Assembly (NCBI RefSeq): GCF_009914755.1
Contig: NC_060936.1
DNA from: the human T2T-CHM13v2.0 reference genome, Homo sapiens
Strand: one strand, 5' to 3'
Length of the DNA: 64,000 nucleotides
The translations under genes were made by a program, and so were the position numbers. The notes beneath the pieces were generated by a model. It saw only the letters and a list, made by a program, of their open reading frames with translations, searched no databases and was not told the origin of the DNA. Every line of letters starts with the position of its first letter. Within the stretch, counting starts at the first letter, position 1. This document shows positions 17,710 to 31,868 of this stretch, piece by piece.

Positions 17710-18212
17710 TGAAAGGCTGAGAAAGGGCTTTATTACTGTGAAAGAGAAGTCTGCCCTCTATATAGGTCAGCCATGTATTTGGAGAAGTAAAATTACAGTA
17801 AAATCTTGAGGTACCACATCAGTGTCATCCTTTGTGTAGCAGTTGGTAAGTCACTTCTTCCTCCCAAAAGTCTTTATCATGAGGAAACTAAGTGTGCATG
17901 GTGCTGACCTTGATAATTAAAGGAAAGGCCATTTTGGGAGTGATGGCAGTAGAAGTCTCAAGTGGCAGAGATTAGGCTGTGCCCTCCACAACCTCGCTAC
18001 CCTTAGATCATGGCTGTTGGCCCAATCTCACCTGAAAGCACATGAAAGAGTGTGACTGCACTTGGCTTTCAAACACTTGCCCTTTTAGCCTATTCTCACA
18101 AAAATCTCTCTATATAAAATTGATCCTTCTATATTCTAAAAAGATTTAATTTCAATAAACAAACTTTTCTTCCCACAGGGCAGCTGGTCACAGCCCACAA
18201 TCCATTCCTCAC

Positions 18213-18337
18213 CTCTGCTCACGGTCTGCTATGTCACTATTTATGAGGGCAGTTGTGACCTGCTGTAGCATTTCCAACACTTCATCACATCCAGTCAGGA
18301 TTTGGGTGGCAAGAGCCAAAATACTGACTTTTAGCTC
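18213..18337 (-). CDS. HECTD4: HECTD4 coding exon (ELKVSILALATQILTGCDEVLEMLQQVTTALINSDIADREQ)
   Basis: gcctag|GAG ... AG|gtgagg, 125 nt, phase 0/2. Confidence 0.9.
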
Positions 18338-18436
18338 CTAGGCAGAAAATATCATCATATTATTTTTAAGCTTTGTGATGAACATACGTTCACAATGACA
18401 ACATGAAATGATGTATTTAATGATGTATTTCCAAAT

Positions 18437-18523
18437 GAAATAATGAGGTGGACAGAATAAGCCCAAAGCAGTAAATTCTGCTAGAAATAATGAGGTGGCC
18501 AGAATAAGCCCAAAGCAGTAAAT
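18437..18523. repeat. 40-bp direct duplication, period 47, one mismatch
   Basis: gaaataatgaggtgg(a/c)cagaataagcccaaagcagtaaat occurs twice. Confidence 0.9.
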
Positions 18524-19136
18524 GGCAAGTAGCAATTTGGGAGGCCAAGGTCTGGAGAGCTGACAGAAATACGCAGTATTTCAGAGGGATCACACTGAGT
18601 CCCTAGGAGAAAAGGCTCCCATCCCAGCCAGCACAAGAAATATTTCCCATCCCATCCAGCACAAGAGAGCTCCTGGTGGCCAGCCCAGAAACTGTCCAGG
18701 TGGAAGACTGCCTTGGGTGGTATGAGGATAGCTAAAGAGAAAAACAGAACAGTAAAAGGCGCATGTAGAGGCGGTGAATAAAATGAGACAAAAACACAAC
18801 ATTCTAAAACAGTACAAGTGACCTTTTACTCAATGTCCTAAACAAATCACAGTTAAAAACAGGCAGTTAAAAAAATTCAATTAAAGTAGCAAGCAGTTAC
18901 AGGCTATTAAACATTAAAATAACTATTAGAGAGTTCGTGGGAGTACAAATACTAAATAATGTGTTAAGAAAGACTAGCTAACATCATAGAAATGTTTAGT
19001 TTACAATTATTTTCAGTTAAAAAAATACAAACTCTTTGGGGGACATGTTTCCCCAGAAACCTAGACAACTGAGCCTATTCAGCCTTTCCTAAGAGTCTTT
19101 ACATTTCTATGTTTAATTAAGAATTTACTAAGGCTA

Positions 19137-19825
<689 letters not shown>

Positions 19826-20614
19826 TTTTTAGTATTATTGAGATTTTTTTTAATCTTTAAGAGAGTAGGAACTCTGAACTAATGATGAGCCAAATCATGT
19901 TTTAAGTCACACTAATGACATTCATGATCATCTACTGACTCCATACCACATGGCAGCAAAGTGCCAGGTATTTACAGGGCTTGTTGTTAATACAGCAACT
20001 TTACAAAGAAGATGTTATTGTCCCTTTTTACTGATGAGAAAACTAAGGCAAGAGAAGTTAAATAAATATTATCAACAACTTAAATTAAAAGTGCATGTAT
20101 GTCTGCCTATTTAAAAATGGATTATACAATGAGGTAAACTCATAAGTACAAACTATCAGATGTATTATTTAAATAGTATATATGCATAAAGGAGTAAGAA
20201 AGGGGCAAACTGCATTGGCTTTTATCTTTAACTGTGGCTTCCTTGGTTGATTTTTCAGTGTGTTTAACATTTTAAGAAAGAATAAAGTTCTTGTAGATTT
20301 CTCTGATTCTCCCACAAAGATGAAATTCTGAAGAACAATGCAAACAACAGCCTTGAGCATCTGTCAAAATTATAACAACCATGGCTATAAAAAAATCTTT
20401 GGACTGCTATAAATTGTCATGTGGGAACAAGTTAGTGAGTTTACACAGAAGCTAATTTAAAAATAATCACAGAAAATGAAATTGACTATAGGTTTAGAAA
20501 TTAGATTATTCCATACAAAGATTGAAAAAATTATCACCTTTTAAAAGTTATTTTAATCAAGAGAATATAATAAACCATCTAAAATTTTGAAATTATTTAA
20601 TGCTCCCAAGATTT

Positions 20615-20615
20615 T

Positions 20616-20660
<45 letters not shown>
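20615..20660. repeat. Compound (TA)n(CA)n microsatellite
   Basis: Direct inspection. Confidence 0.95.
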
Positions 20661-20664
<4 letters not shown>

Positions 20665-20991
20665 ATATATATGTCTATGTAGCTATAACTTTCAGGTACA
20701 CATGAGATCACTTGTAAGTGCCATATTTTATAGTTCTTAAAAGAAGATGGAAGTAAACAAAGGCACAAAAAGGTTGACAGGAGCACACGGATGACACATT
20801 ATGAGTGTCACAAGTAGGTGACTACTGTGTAATGACATAAAAAATCTATGGAATGAGTGGCCTAATGTTACCTCTCACAAGAATATAAGCCACAAGGTGA
20901 ATTCTGACATCATAAAACACAGAAATTTAGCCAATTAAGCTGCTTTTCACACTGGGTAGAACGCATCGTTAAAATAAAGCTTGGTGTTTAC

Positions 20992-21120
20992 CTGTACCTT
21001 CAATGTCTCTCCCTGCAAGGAGCTGTCACTGTCATCATTCTCATCAGGTTTAATCAAAATAGTGTTACTGAGAAGGTGATTCTGAACTGCCATCAGATAG
21101 CGCAGGCAGGAGGATGCAGC
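20992..21120 (-). CDS. HECTD4: HECTD4 coding exon (AASSCLRYLMAVQNHLLSNTILIKPDENDDSDSSLQGETLK[VQ])
   Basis: ttaaag|GCT; two in-frame donors, AAG|gtacag (exon end 20998) and CAG|gtaaac (exon end 20992); phase 0/0. Confidence 0.85.
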
Positions 21121-21628
21121 CTTTAATACAAATAAGGGCATTTAAATGATCTAAATCCTACTGAAAGAGCGATCATGTAATCCTCATGTTTTTAAAAGAT
21201 TTTGACAAAGAAAACAAAAAGAGAAATAAAAAAAACAGACCAAGTTAGTTTTTCAGGTGCCTTATTTCCACATGGCTTTCCATACATACTTTGACACACT
21301 TACTATAACTTTCTGCCTTTTGGTACACAATCCTCACTAATTAGAATACTTACTTGAATTTTTGCCTCTTAATAATTATTCTTCCCCCTCCCTCTCACAC
21401 ACATCTCCATTATAGAAGAATACTCAAACCCTTAAAAGAATCTTTTGATTCCTATTGGTCTCTATAAAACACTCATGGTTTAGAAAACAATGTAAAATTA
21501 AAAATTAATAGGGAAAAAACACTCTCACTAGATAAAACAAAAACTCCCAAATCTGATCAATTTATTGCATCAAGCAATTTAAGCAGGGGGAATAGTCTTT
21601 GGAAAGTTTTTCAAGTGGATTTGTCTAG

Positions 21629-21796
<168 letters not shown>

Positions 21797-21799
21797 TGA

Positions 21800-22078
<279 letters not shown>

Positions 22079-22082
22079 TTAC

Positions 22083-22203
22083 AGGCACAGTTGAAAGGAG
22101 CTTTTGAAAATCATCTTTAGAGACAGTTTGGCACTTGGTGATTAAGATACAGGATTCTCGTACAACAATCTTCAGAATGTAGTGTAAAAGTTCATCATTT
22201 AGT
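22083..22203 (-). CDS. HECTD4: HECTD4 coding exon (LNDELLHYILKIVVRESCILITKCQTVSKDDFQKLLSTVP)
   Basis: tttaaag|A ... CCT|gtaagt, 121 nt, phase 2/0. Confidence 0.9.
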
Positions 22204-22785
22204 CTTTAAAATGCAGGAAAAATGTAACAATAAAATATTGATGGTTTATTCATAAAAGGATAAATTTTATATAATTAGTATAAGATGACAAATAAAAGAT
22301 ACATAATTGATTCTTAAGCAAATCACCTTAGTAATAATGCTAACAACTAGGTATATTATTTAAATCAAACTTATAGAAATCAAATGGCACCCAACTACAA
22401 AGTCAAAGTATTTTATAAATAACATATAAAAACAACACCTTCGTCCCCTTCACCAGCTCTAACACACATACTCAGCCTTTCTCATAAACCAGCAATTTGG
22501 ATGGTACTCTGAACCAAGATCTCCTAAGTAAGTTCCATCTGTTATTTTTGCTAAAGACCCTTTCCCCAGGCCCAACTTACTTTACTGATAAAACTGAAAT
22601 GTGCAATTATCAGTTCTGAGGGGAACTGTGGAATCTATTATCTTTCAACTGGTCCATGCTTTAGGTTTAACATGCTAACGATCGTATTAGTTATAACAGG
22701 AGACTAAAGTTGATCAAACACATTTAAATGTAAACTAACGACTGAGAACACAAAGGCTAGAAGTGAATAATATAACTGGTGTCAC

Positions 22786-22891
22786 CTGTAATGATCATCC
22801 TCATCACTGCCAAATCGGTTGTTTTGGAGCTGTTCAGCCAGGTTGGTTAGGATCACATCCCGTAGCTGGGAGAGTCCACTGTTTCTCTCTC
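22786..22891 (-). CDS. HECTD4: HECTD4 coding exon (ERNSGLSQLRDVILTNLAEQLQNNRFGSDEDDHY)
   Basis: gtgttag|GA ... AG|gtgaca, 106 nt, phase 1/2; required to keep frame between its neighbours. Confidence 0.88.
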
Positions 22892-23819
22892 CTAACACAG
22901 AAGAAAGCTCCATCAACTACCCTGGTAATGACTCCTAGAATACTGATGCTATTTTTAAAAAGTTTTTAAACAAATAGATTGTCGGCAAGCTAGGGGCACC
23001 AGACATACGGACTTATACAAATAAGAGTGGCAAAAACGACATCACAACGAATCCGACTTTTTAACCAGCATCCTGATTAAAGTGTAATTACCCTCTTGAT
23101 AGATCATGAAGTGTGATTTTTTATTCCTTAATGTTGCTTTTAAATGCCAACTGTCTTTAACATAGTACCTTTTGTTGTGTTGTTTAGTCTAACTTAAAAT
23201 GTTAGGCTCTAATGTGTGAAGATAACTGGCTTAGAAATCACCAATAAGTGATTATTTTATTTATTAAACATCTATAGTCAGATACATTATGCTAAGCAGT
23301 GGAGACAGAAAGTTTATAAAGCTTGCAGATATATAAAACATGGTTTTTGCTTTCAATCTGGTTGAAGTGTAAGCATATATGCAGATACATTCTTTCTTTT
23401 TTCTTTGAGACAGGGTCTCATTCTGTTGCCCAGGCTAGAGTGCAGTTGTGTCATAACAGCTCACTGCATCCTCAACCTCTTGGGCTGAAGCAATCCTCCT
23501 GCCTCAGACTCCTGAGTAGCTTGGATGACAAGGCATGGGCCACCATGCCCAGCTAATTGTTTTTATTTTTTGTAGAGTCAGGGTCTTGCTATGCTGGCCA
23601 GGCTGGTCTCGAGCTCCTGGGTCAAGTCATCCTCCTGCCTTGGCCTACCAAAGTGCTGGGATTACAGGTGTGAGCCACCGTGCCTGGCCTGCAGATACAT
23701 TTCTTAAATATGCTGACTAACATACATGAAGAAGTGTAAATATTATCTGAATATGCAGTTGTTTCCTTGGGGACAAAAAAAGGACGGCTGTTCAAAGATA
23801 ATTAAAGGATAATTCTTAC

Positions 23820-23890
23820 CTTCTGTTAAGACCAGTTTAAGTAAGTTATTGATTTCAGTTTCACCTGGGTACAAGATATTTAAACCAGAG
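23820..23890 (-). CDS. HECTD4: HECTD4 coding exon (SGLNILYPGETEINNLLKLVLTE)
   Basis: tttcag|C ... GAAG|gtaaga, 71 nt, phase 2/1. Confidence 0.9.
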
Positions 23891-23984
23891 CTGAAATGAC
23901 AAAAAAGTCAAAAACATTTAAGCAAATGTTCTAGAAAATCAACTCTAAATATTTAAATTCATATTTTTATTAAAGATGTCAATT

Positions 23985-24216
23985 GGATGTGAGGGCAATC
24001 TGGCTGCGACATCTGTCACCCCATTGATCGCTGGGGTTGATTCGGCTGATCTGGCTGGCTAGGCAGGTGTGCCCTTCCTCCCTCACCGCTCCATGTGCGT
24101 CCCTCCCGAAGCTGCGCGCTCGGTCGAAGAGGACGACCATCCCCGATAGAGGAGGACCGGTCTTCGGTCAAGGGTATACGAGTAGCTGCGCTCCCCTGCT
24201 AGAACCTCCAAACAAG
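23985..24216 (+). pseudogene. 7SK snRNA retropseudogene, 3'-truncated (about nt 1-232), no poly(A)
   Basis: Begins GGATGTGAGGGC and follows recalled 7SK sequence to CCTCCAAACAAG with about 5 mismatches; TSD aagatgtcaattg at 23973-23985 and 24214-24226. Confidence 0.95.
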
Positions 24217-24618
24217 ATGTCAATTGATTACATAAAACTGTGAAATAACTTTTATCACTAAAAAGGCATTAAAAAAAAATTGAGACAGGGTCTCAATATG
24301 TTGCCCAGGTTAGTCTTAAACTCCTGAGCTCAAGCGATTCACCTGCCTTGGCCTCCCAAAGTGCTGGGATTGCAGGTGTGAGCTACTGCACCTGGCCTAA
24401 AAAGGCATTTGAACCTAAATTCACTGTCACGATCCAGTCCAATCACTTCCCTGATAAGTGGCATCCCTCTCCTCCTCTTCCTGTGAATTACCCAAATGAT
24501 AAGTACTTGGGGCTAGATGCAGAACTGGTTAGAGAGAATTGGTAAGCTATGAAAAGTCAATGTAGTCAAGCCTACATATAACTATTGTGCCTCCCCAAAA
24601 AAACACTTGAGAAAGTAA

Positions 24619-24915
<297 letters not shown>

Positions 24916-25287
24916 TAGAGACAAGGTCTTACTATGTTGCCCAGACTGGTCTCAAACTTGGCCTCGGCGATCCACCTGCCATGGCCCCTCAAAGTGCTGG
25001 GGATTACAGGCATGAGCTAACACACTCAGCCTCTTTTCTTTTTTAATTGAGGTTTAACATTTAATCAAGTGCACATATTTACAGTGTACAATCTGATAAG
25101 TCTGACATATGTATACACCAATGAAACCATCACCACAATCAAGATAGTGAATATACCCATCCCCTCCAAAAGTTTCCTCAGAGCATCAGATTTCAATCAT
25201 TGCCTTAATGCTCCACAGAAAGAGATTCGAAGCATAATGTGCTGTGGAAGGAAAACAACTTCCTGTCATCTATGCTCACCCCTGTCA

Positions 25288-25690
<403 letters not shown>

Positions 25691-25752
25691 CTGAACTAAA
25701 AAAACAAACCAAAAAAAAAAAAGACTTACAATAAATAGAAAATGGCCTATAA

Positions 25753-26080
<328 letters not shown>

Positions 26081-26611
26081 CTGAAAAGGTTTTAAACAGG
26101 TTGATAAAGGCTTGCATTGTTGAGCACTTACTTTGCATCAGGCCTTACCTTAGGAAAACCTCACAAACCCATAAAACAGGTGCTATTTTTATGCCCATCT
26201 TACAGCTAAGGAAATGCGAACCTTAAACCAAGGTCACACTAGTGAGTGGCAAAGTCTAGAACCCAGGTCTGCCTGTTGCCAAAGCCTGCTTCTTAACCAC
26301 CCTGCCACACTCTGCAAAATGAGATCAGCTTGCAAACAATCAAAATATCCACTTAAAGGGTTGGTTTTGTTTGTTTGTTTGTTTGTTTTAGATCCAAACA
26401 GTGAGATAAGGAAATGCAGGTACACAGTTGGCTTTGGTCCTCTGAAGGTGGGGCCACAAACCCCTCTCCAGTGAAATTATCCCCAATCCATGAGGTCCCA
26501 ATTGTGGGATGGGGTAAGAGGCATTTATACTACCAGCTTTCAGGGAAGATTACAATGCCTTGCAGAAGAATCATTTTGCAGAGAGCACTACAAAAATCAT
26601 TAGCTGTTTAC

Positions 26612-26757
26612 CTGATGGCAAGGCAGACTTCCTTCTGAATTTCAGGGCAAATTTGATCTTTTGGAGCCATCAACAACTGCCAAAGAAGCAATCCCGACCG
26701 TCGAATGATGTCTCGATTCCTTTCAGTTTGTGGGCTGAAGAAAAATTTAAATACCAC
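26612..26757 (-). CDS. HECTD4: HECTD4 coding exon (VVFKFFFSPQTERNRDIIRRSGLLLWQLLMAPKDQICPEIQKEVCLAI)
   Basis: ctgtag|GTG ... AG|gtaaac, 146 nt, phase 0/2. Confidence 0.9.
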
Positions 26758-27134
26758 CTACAGAAACAGAAGGAGTCTATCTAAAAATGCTAATTCTACT
26801 GGGGATAAAATTATCTCTACAAAGAAAGTACATGGTAGATATCCTATGAACAAATAACCAGGTGGATTTTGTTTAACCACAATCTCTTCTACTGTGTAAC
26901 GGTATAATTATAGTAAATATTTTGCATATATTAATTGTAATACGCTATGTATAGCAATACTCCATTAAGCACAGTGCAATGAATATGATAATTCTAACTC
27001 CAGGATCAGAAGGTGGTAAGATGCAGAACAGGAAAATCATTAAATTTTTCTTCTGGTAAAAATGAACTGGCTGAAGCCAAGGTTTGCGTTTCCTTTTCTC
27101 TATCATCTTATTTATTTCAAAACAGTGTATTTAC

Positions 27135-27367
27135 CTGAAAGACAACGAGAATGCAGCGTATAATACAGGTATCTCCATTAACCATGGCCTTCTCCATAAT
27201 GTCACAAATACTGCTAAGATGATGTGCTTCAATTGGATGCTGCTTGCCCAAGACACTTGTGATTGGAAGATTGGGGTTGGTGGCAAGAAGATTGAGTTGG
27301 TGTATGCACATCGCACCAACGTGGTGCAATAATTGGTTTATAACCTCATTCGTGGTTATAGCCTCTT
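27135..27367 (-). CDS. HECTD4: HECTD4 coding exon (EAITTNEVINQLLHHVGAMCIHQL...CIIRCILVVFQ)
   Basis: cttctag|AA ... CAG|gtaaat, 233 nt, phase 1/0. Confidence 0.9.
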
Positions 27368-30300
27368 CTAGAAGATGAAAAGGAAACTGAGTGAGGAAAG
27401 ACATCTCTATGGGTGGTCCCCAAAGAATAGACCTTTGACTTACAAAAGGTGTGTGCGCACTAGAAAAGGATATTTTGGCTATAATCTCTTTCACTGCTGC
27501 CAGAGAACGCTTCTCCCTGCCACAGGTGCTGGGGTGAAAACACTTGGGGAGTTCATTTGTTTGGAACATAAGTAGCTACCACTTCCTGAGCCCTTTTTAT
27601 ATGCTGAAGAATGGGCTGAATGCTTTACATGGTTCTCAACTTAGACTATTTTAGCCCTGTTTTGTAGAGCAATAAACCAAGAGTCAGAGAAGTTAAGGTA
27701 CTTGCCCTAGGTCACACAGCTAAGAAGTGGTAGAACTGGGATTTGGATTCAGGCCACCTCATTCCACAGCCCCTACTGGTAACCATTCTAGTAAAACCTC
27801 TCCATATCCTATGTCTGCTCCATATTAGAACTCCTGTCTATAAATAGCTCCTCATGTTTTGACATGTTAAGCTGAAAATGCCCGTTAGATAACCAAGTGG
27901 AAGTGAATCCACAGTCTGGAGTTCAGGCAAGAGGCTTGGTAGTCAGTAATATAAAGTGGACTTTCTTTTCTACTTTTTGCTTTTTCAAAAAAAAAGCTTT
28001 ATCAAGATATAATTTACATTCCATAAAACTCGCCCACTCTAAATGCACAACTCACCAAGTTTTAGTAAATTTACACAAATACCAAAATCAAGAATGAAAG
28101 CTGAGAAAAAACACTGACCCTACAGATACTAATTACTGTGGTGATTAACATTTGTCTACATGAACTGGCTTTGGTCCTCTGAAGGACCAAGTCTACAAGT
28201 TCTCTGATATGCTTCTTCTAGGAGGTGGAGCTTAATTCCCCTTCCCTTCAGTGTGGTCGAGACTAACAGAGTGTGGAAAGGGAGAAGTGGAATCTTAATA
28301 GTGGAGAAATCTGGCAGACATCATTTAAACAAAGTGATCAGTTTTTAATATCACTAGTAATAAGTCATGTCAATATCATGTACCTTGGAATAGAAGTAAT
28401 GTGAAGGGGATACCTCTTCTGTGGTATTCTTCCCCCAATCCGTAACTTCAGTCTAACCATGAGAAAGCATCAGATGAACCCACAGGGAAGGAAATTCTAT
28501 TCTGCAAATGTGTGACCAGTACTCCCCAAGTGTCCTGTTCTGCTCTTCAGACAGAACAACTCTACTAATCTATGGCCCAGGTTTGCTGCTTTCTTCTCCC
28601 AGCAGCTCAGATCTGCTGTTGAGCCACTCTACTGAATTTTTCTTTTCAAATCTGGAATTTCCATTTTTTTTTGTTGTTGTTGTTTTGTTTTGTTTTTTAA
28701 AATAATCTCTTTACTGAAATTCTCAATTTGCTTAATCATAGTCATCATACTTGCCTTTAATTTTTTTAAACTTGGATTCCTTCAGTTCTTTAAATGTATT
28801 TATAATGGCTGCTTTAAGTCTTCATCTGACTTTAAAGTCATCAGTCCAACATCTGCATTTCTCCTGCATTGCATGGTTACTGATTTCTCTGCTCAGTTTA
28901 TTTTTTCAAATACTTGTTTCTTTCTTGCATTTATTTTTTTTAATTTTATCTTATTTTATTTTTTTGAGACAGAGTTTCAAAAAAGTTAAGTTGTTGCCCA
29001 GGCTGGGGTGCAATGGCATGATCTCAGCTCACTGCAACCTCAGCCTCCCAGTTCAAGTGATTCTCCTGCCCTAGCCTCCCAAGTAGCTGAGACTACAGGC
29101 GCCTGCCACCACACCCAGCTAACTTTTTTGTATTTTTAGTAGAGATGGGGTTTCCCCGTGTTGGCCAGGCTGGTCTCGAACTCCTGACCTCAGGTGATCT
29201 GCCTGCCTCAGCCTCCCAAAGTGCTGGGATTACAGGTGTGGGCCACAGCGCCTAGCCTCATTTATTTTTAATTATTCTTGTTTTTCTTTTTCAGCCTGGC
29301 TTCCTAGGGTTCACCCCTATCTGTATTCCTTAGTGGTTGTCAACCAATGATTGTGGTCAAACACCTTGAGCCAGTAATACTTTCACCCTGGATGGATCTG
29401 TGTATTTCGGGAGAAGTGCAGCAAAGTTCACGCGGTTTTAAACTCTGCTCTGGTTTTTACTTTCTGTTGGGCCCTCTCACATCTTTGCATGTGTATGCAG
29501 ACTCATGTTTAGCCAGAATTGTGTGAGTAGCTTAGGCTGTCTTAGGCCTCTTCTGTGTAGATGTGTGGTCCCCCACAGCTTTCTCACTATCCAGATCTCA
29601 CTAGTAAACTTCTAGCTAGTCAGCTGGGCCACTGCTTGCCCTAACTGGGATCAAGATCTAAGACCTGCTGAGCCACTGGTCTCTGTTTGTTTGCCACCAA
29701 GATGACTACTGTTACTGACAATGCTACTGGACATGAGGTTTTTCCACGCTCTGCTCCCTATCAAGTCAGCCCCCTCTGGCAGCAAAGCTGCTGCTTTTCA
29801 CTATCTTCTCCACCCTGAGAGAAATTACTGTGCTGACCAAGCTTGAGGTGGTCAGCATAGTAATTCTCTCAATGCAGACTGAGGTGGAGGATAGGAGCAG
29901 TTCTAGCTAAGAACACCATGGACTTCCACTGTTCTTACCCAAAGTTCAAGGTTTTTTAAAATGAATAACAACTCTCAATTTAGTGTATGCCTTGGCAATT
30001 TCCAGGGCCTGGAAATGGTTGTTTTTGATAATTGCCTGTTTTAGTGTTGCTTTACGGGTAGGGGACTTGCTGAGTGATTAATTCCTCCATATTAGCATAG
30101 TTGACTTTAAAGCCAAAAGATTTTAATATTAACTTAGTATTAAGAATGTTCATATTAATATTGAAAAATACAAAGGTCCTTCACTGGTAATTCTATCTAA
30201 GTTTGTGTATAATTAAGTCATTACCAATGCAAAACATTACAACAGCAAATAATCCCATGCCAAATACAAATAATCAATTTTTGCAACAAAGTTCCAACAA

Positions 30301-30562
30301 TTTCAGGAAGGACATAACAATTTTCCTTTAAAAAAGTCTATGGACCACCTCAAAAGCTCTATTTATTTACATACTTATTTACTTAATCATAACTCATCTT
30401 TCATGGTTACAGATAACAAAGGACTTTAGGTTTCAAAAGTTCAAAGAGGGAAAACTGGTGACACATTCTGGGGTTGGGCTATGTTTTCACCTACTAATGC
30501 TGTGGTATTCTCTCATATTTCAGAGGAAAATCTTTTCCTGCAAGACCCTGAGTGCACCTCAC

Positions 30563-30703
30563 CTTTGGGCTCAGTGATAATGTGACTGACTCCAAGTCTC
30601 TGGCAGACATAATGGAAGGCTTGATTCCCAGGGTTACACCACTGATCGATATAGTCATTTGAGCATGTCCATAGCATGTTGTTCACTGTGTCATAACACG
30701 CTC
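30563..30703 (-). CDS. HECTD4: HECTD4 coding exon (ACYDTVNNMLWTCSNDYIDQWCNPGNQAFHYVCQRLGVSHIITEPK)
   Basis: tttgcag|GA ... AAAG|gtgagg, 141 nt, phase 1/1. Confidence 0.9.
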
Positions 30704-31449
30704 CTGCAAAAAGAGCATACTGTATTCAGTCACCATGCCACCAGCTACCTGTATACATATTTCTCACAAGCACTGCTACAAAGTGGAAGGGCAAGGATGC
30801 TCTCTAATGTTGACAACCCACAACCCTAGTCCCACAGATTTATTTGGTAAGGCACTAGGTTGGGACTCGGCAAAGGCCAGCATTTAATTTTTAATTTTGC
30901 TTAACTCCTGTGTGAGGAGTAAATCTCACAAAATAGATAGCTCTTAGTAACTGATTTATCTGTGACCTACTTCCAAAGAGGATTTAAGTGGCTTACATTA
31001 AAAACACAGGTATAATAGGACCAATTAACATTAATGCAAAATAAAAAGCCCTAATAACTGAGCCCAAAACTTAGAAATAAGCTTCCTACCACCCACGGCA
31101 AAGAGAAAGTCCAGTATATTACTTAATGTTCATTTTCTAACAATAACAGGTATACCAATTCCTCACAGGAAATAAACTTTTTGTGGCATAAACCTGAGAA
31201 TTTCTTATAGGCATCATCACACAACCTAATCAATAGTATCTTCAATTGCAGTTTATTCAGAGGAATTTTACATATGGCAATGTCTTATACTCATTCCCAA
31301 AATTAAAATTTAATATAAAAAAATTCTTTCTGGCTGGACACAATGGCTCATGCCTGTAATCCCAGCACTTTGGGAGGCCAAGGCAGGAAGATTGCTTGAG
31401 CCTAGGAGTTTGAGACCAGCCTGGGTGACATAGTGAGACCTTGGCTCTA

Positions 31450-31587
<138 letters not shown>

Positions 31588-31754
31588 CTAGGTGACAGAA
31601 GAGACCCTGTCTCAAACAAAACAAAACAAAACAAAACAAAAAACGTCTTTCTTTTCAAGAAAACTAGAATGCCACAGGGAACTGGCAAGACAGTTCAAGA
31701 GAAATTTGCTAAAACTTGAAATTTTCCAAAGATATGTGCAAGTTTATTTCTTAC

Positions 31755-31868
31755 CCAATCCTGGTACGAGAGCACCACGCCCCAGTGAGCTTCCAGCAGC
31801 ATCTATGAGATCTGCACGACTTGTAAACTGACCATCCGAAATATTATACACCAAGCTGGAGGCTAGGA
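31755..31868 (-). CDS. HECTD4: HECTD4 coding exon (LASSLVYNISDGQFTSRADLIDAAGSSLGRGALVPGL)
   Basis: ccaaag|TC ... TTGG|gtaaga, 114 nt, phase 1/1; an alternative in-frame AG lies 6 nt downstream. Confidence 0.85.

Noticed and set aside
23985-24216. Functional 7SK gene
   Set aside because: Lacks the 3' ~100 nt including the terminal hairpin, has a TSD, and shows no recognisable upstream Pol III promoter.
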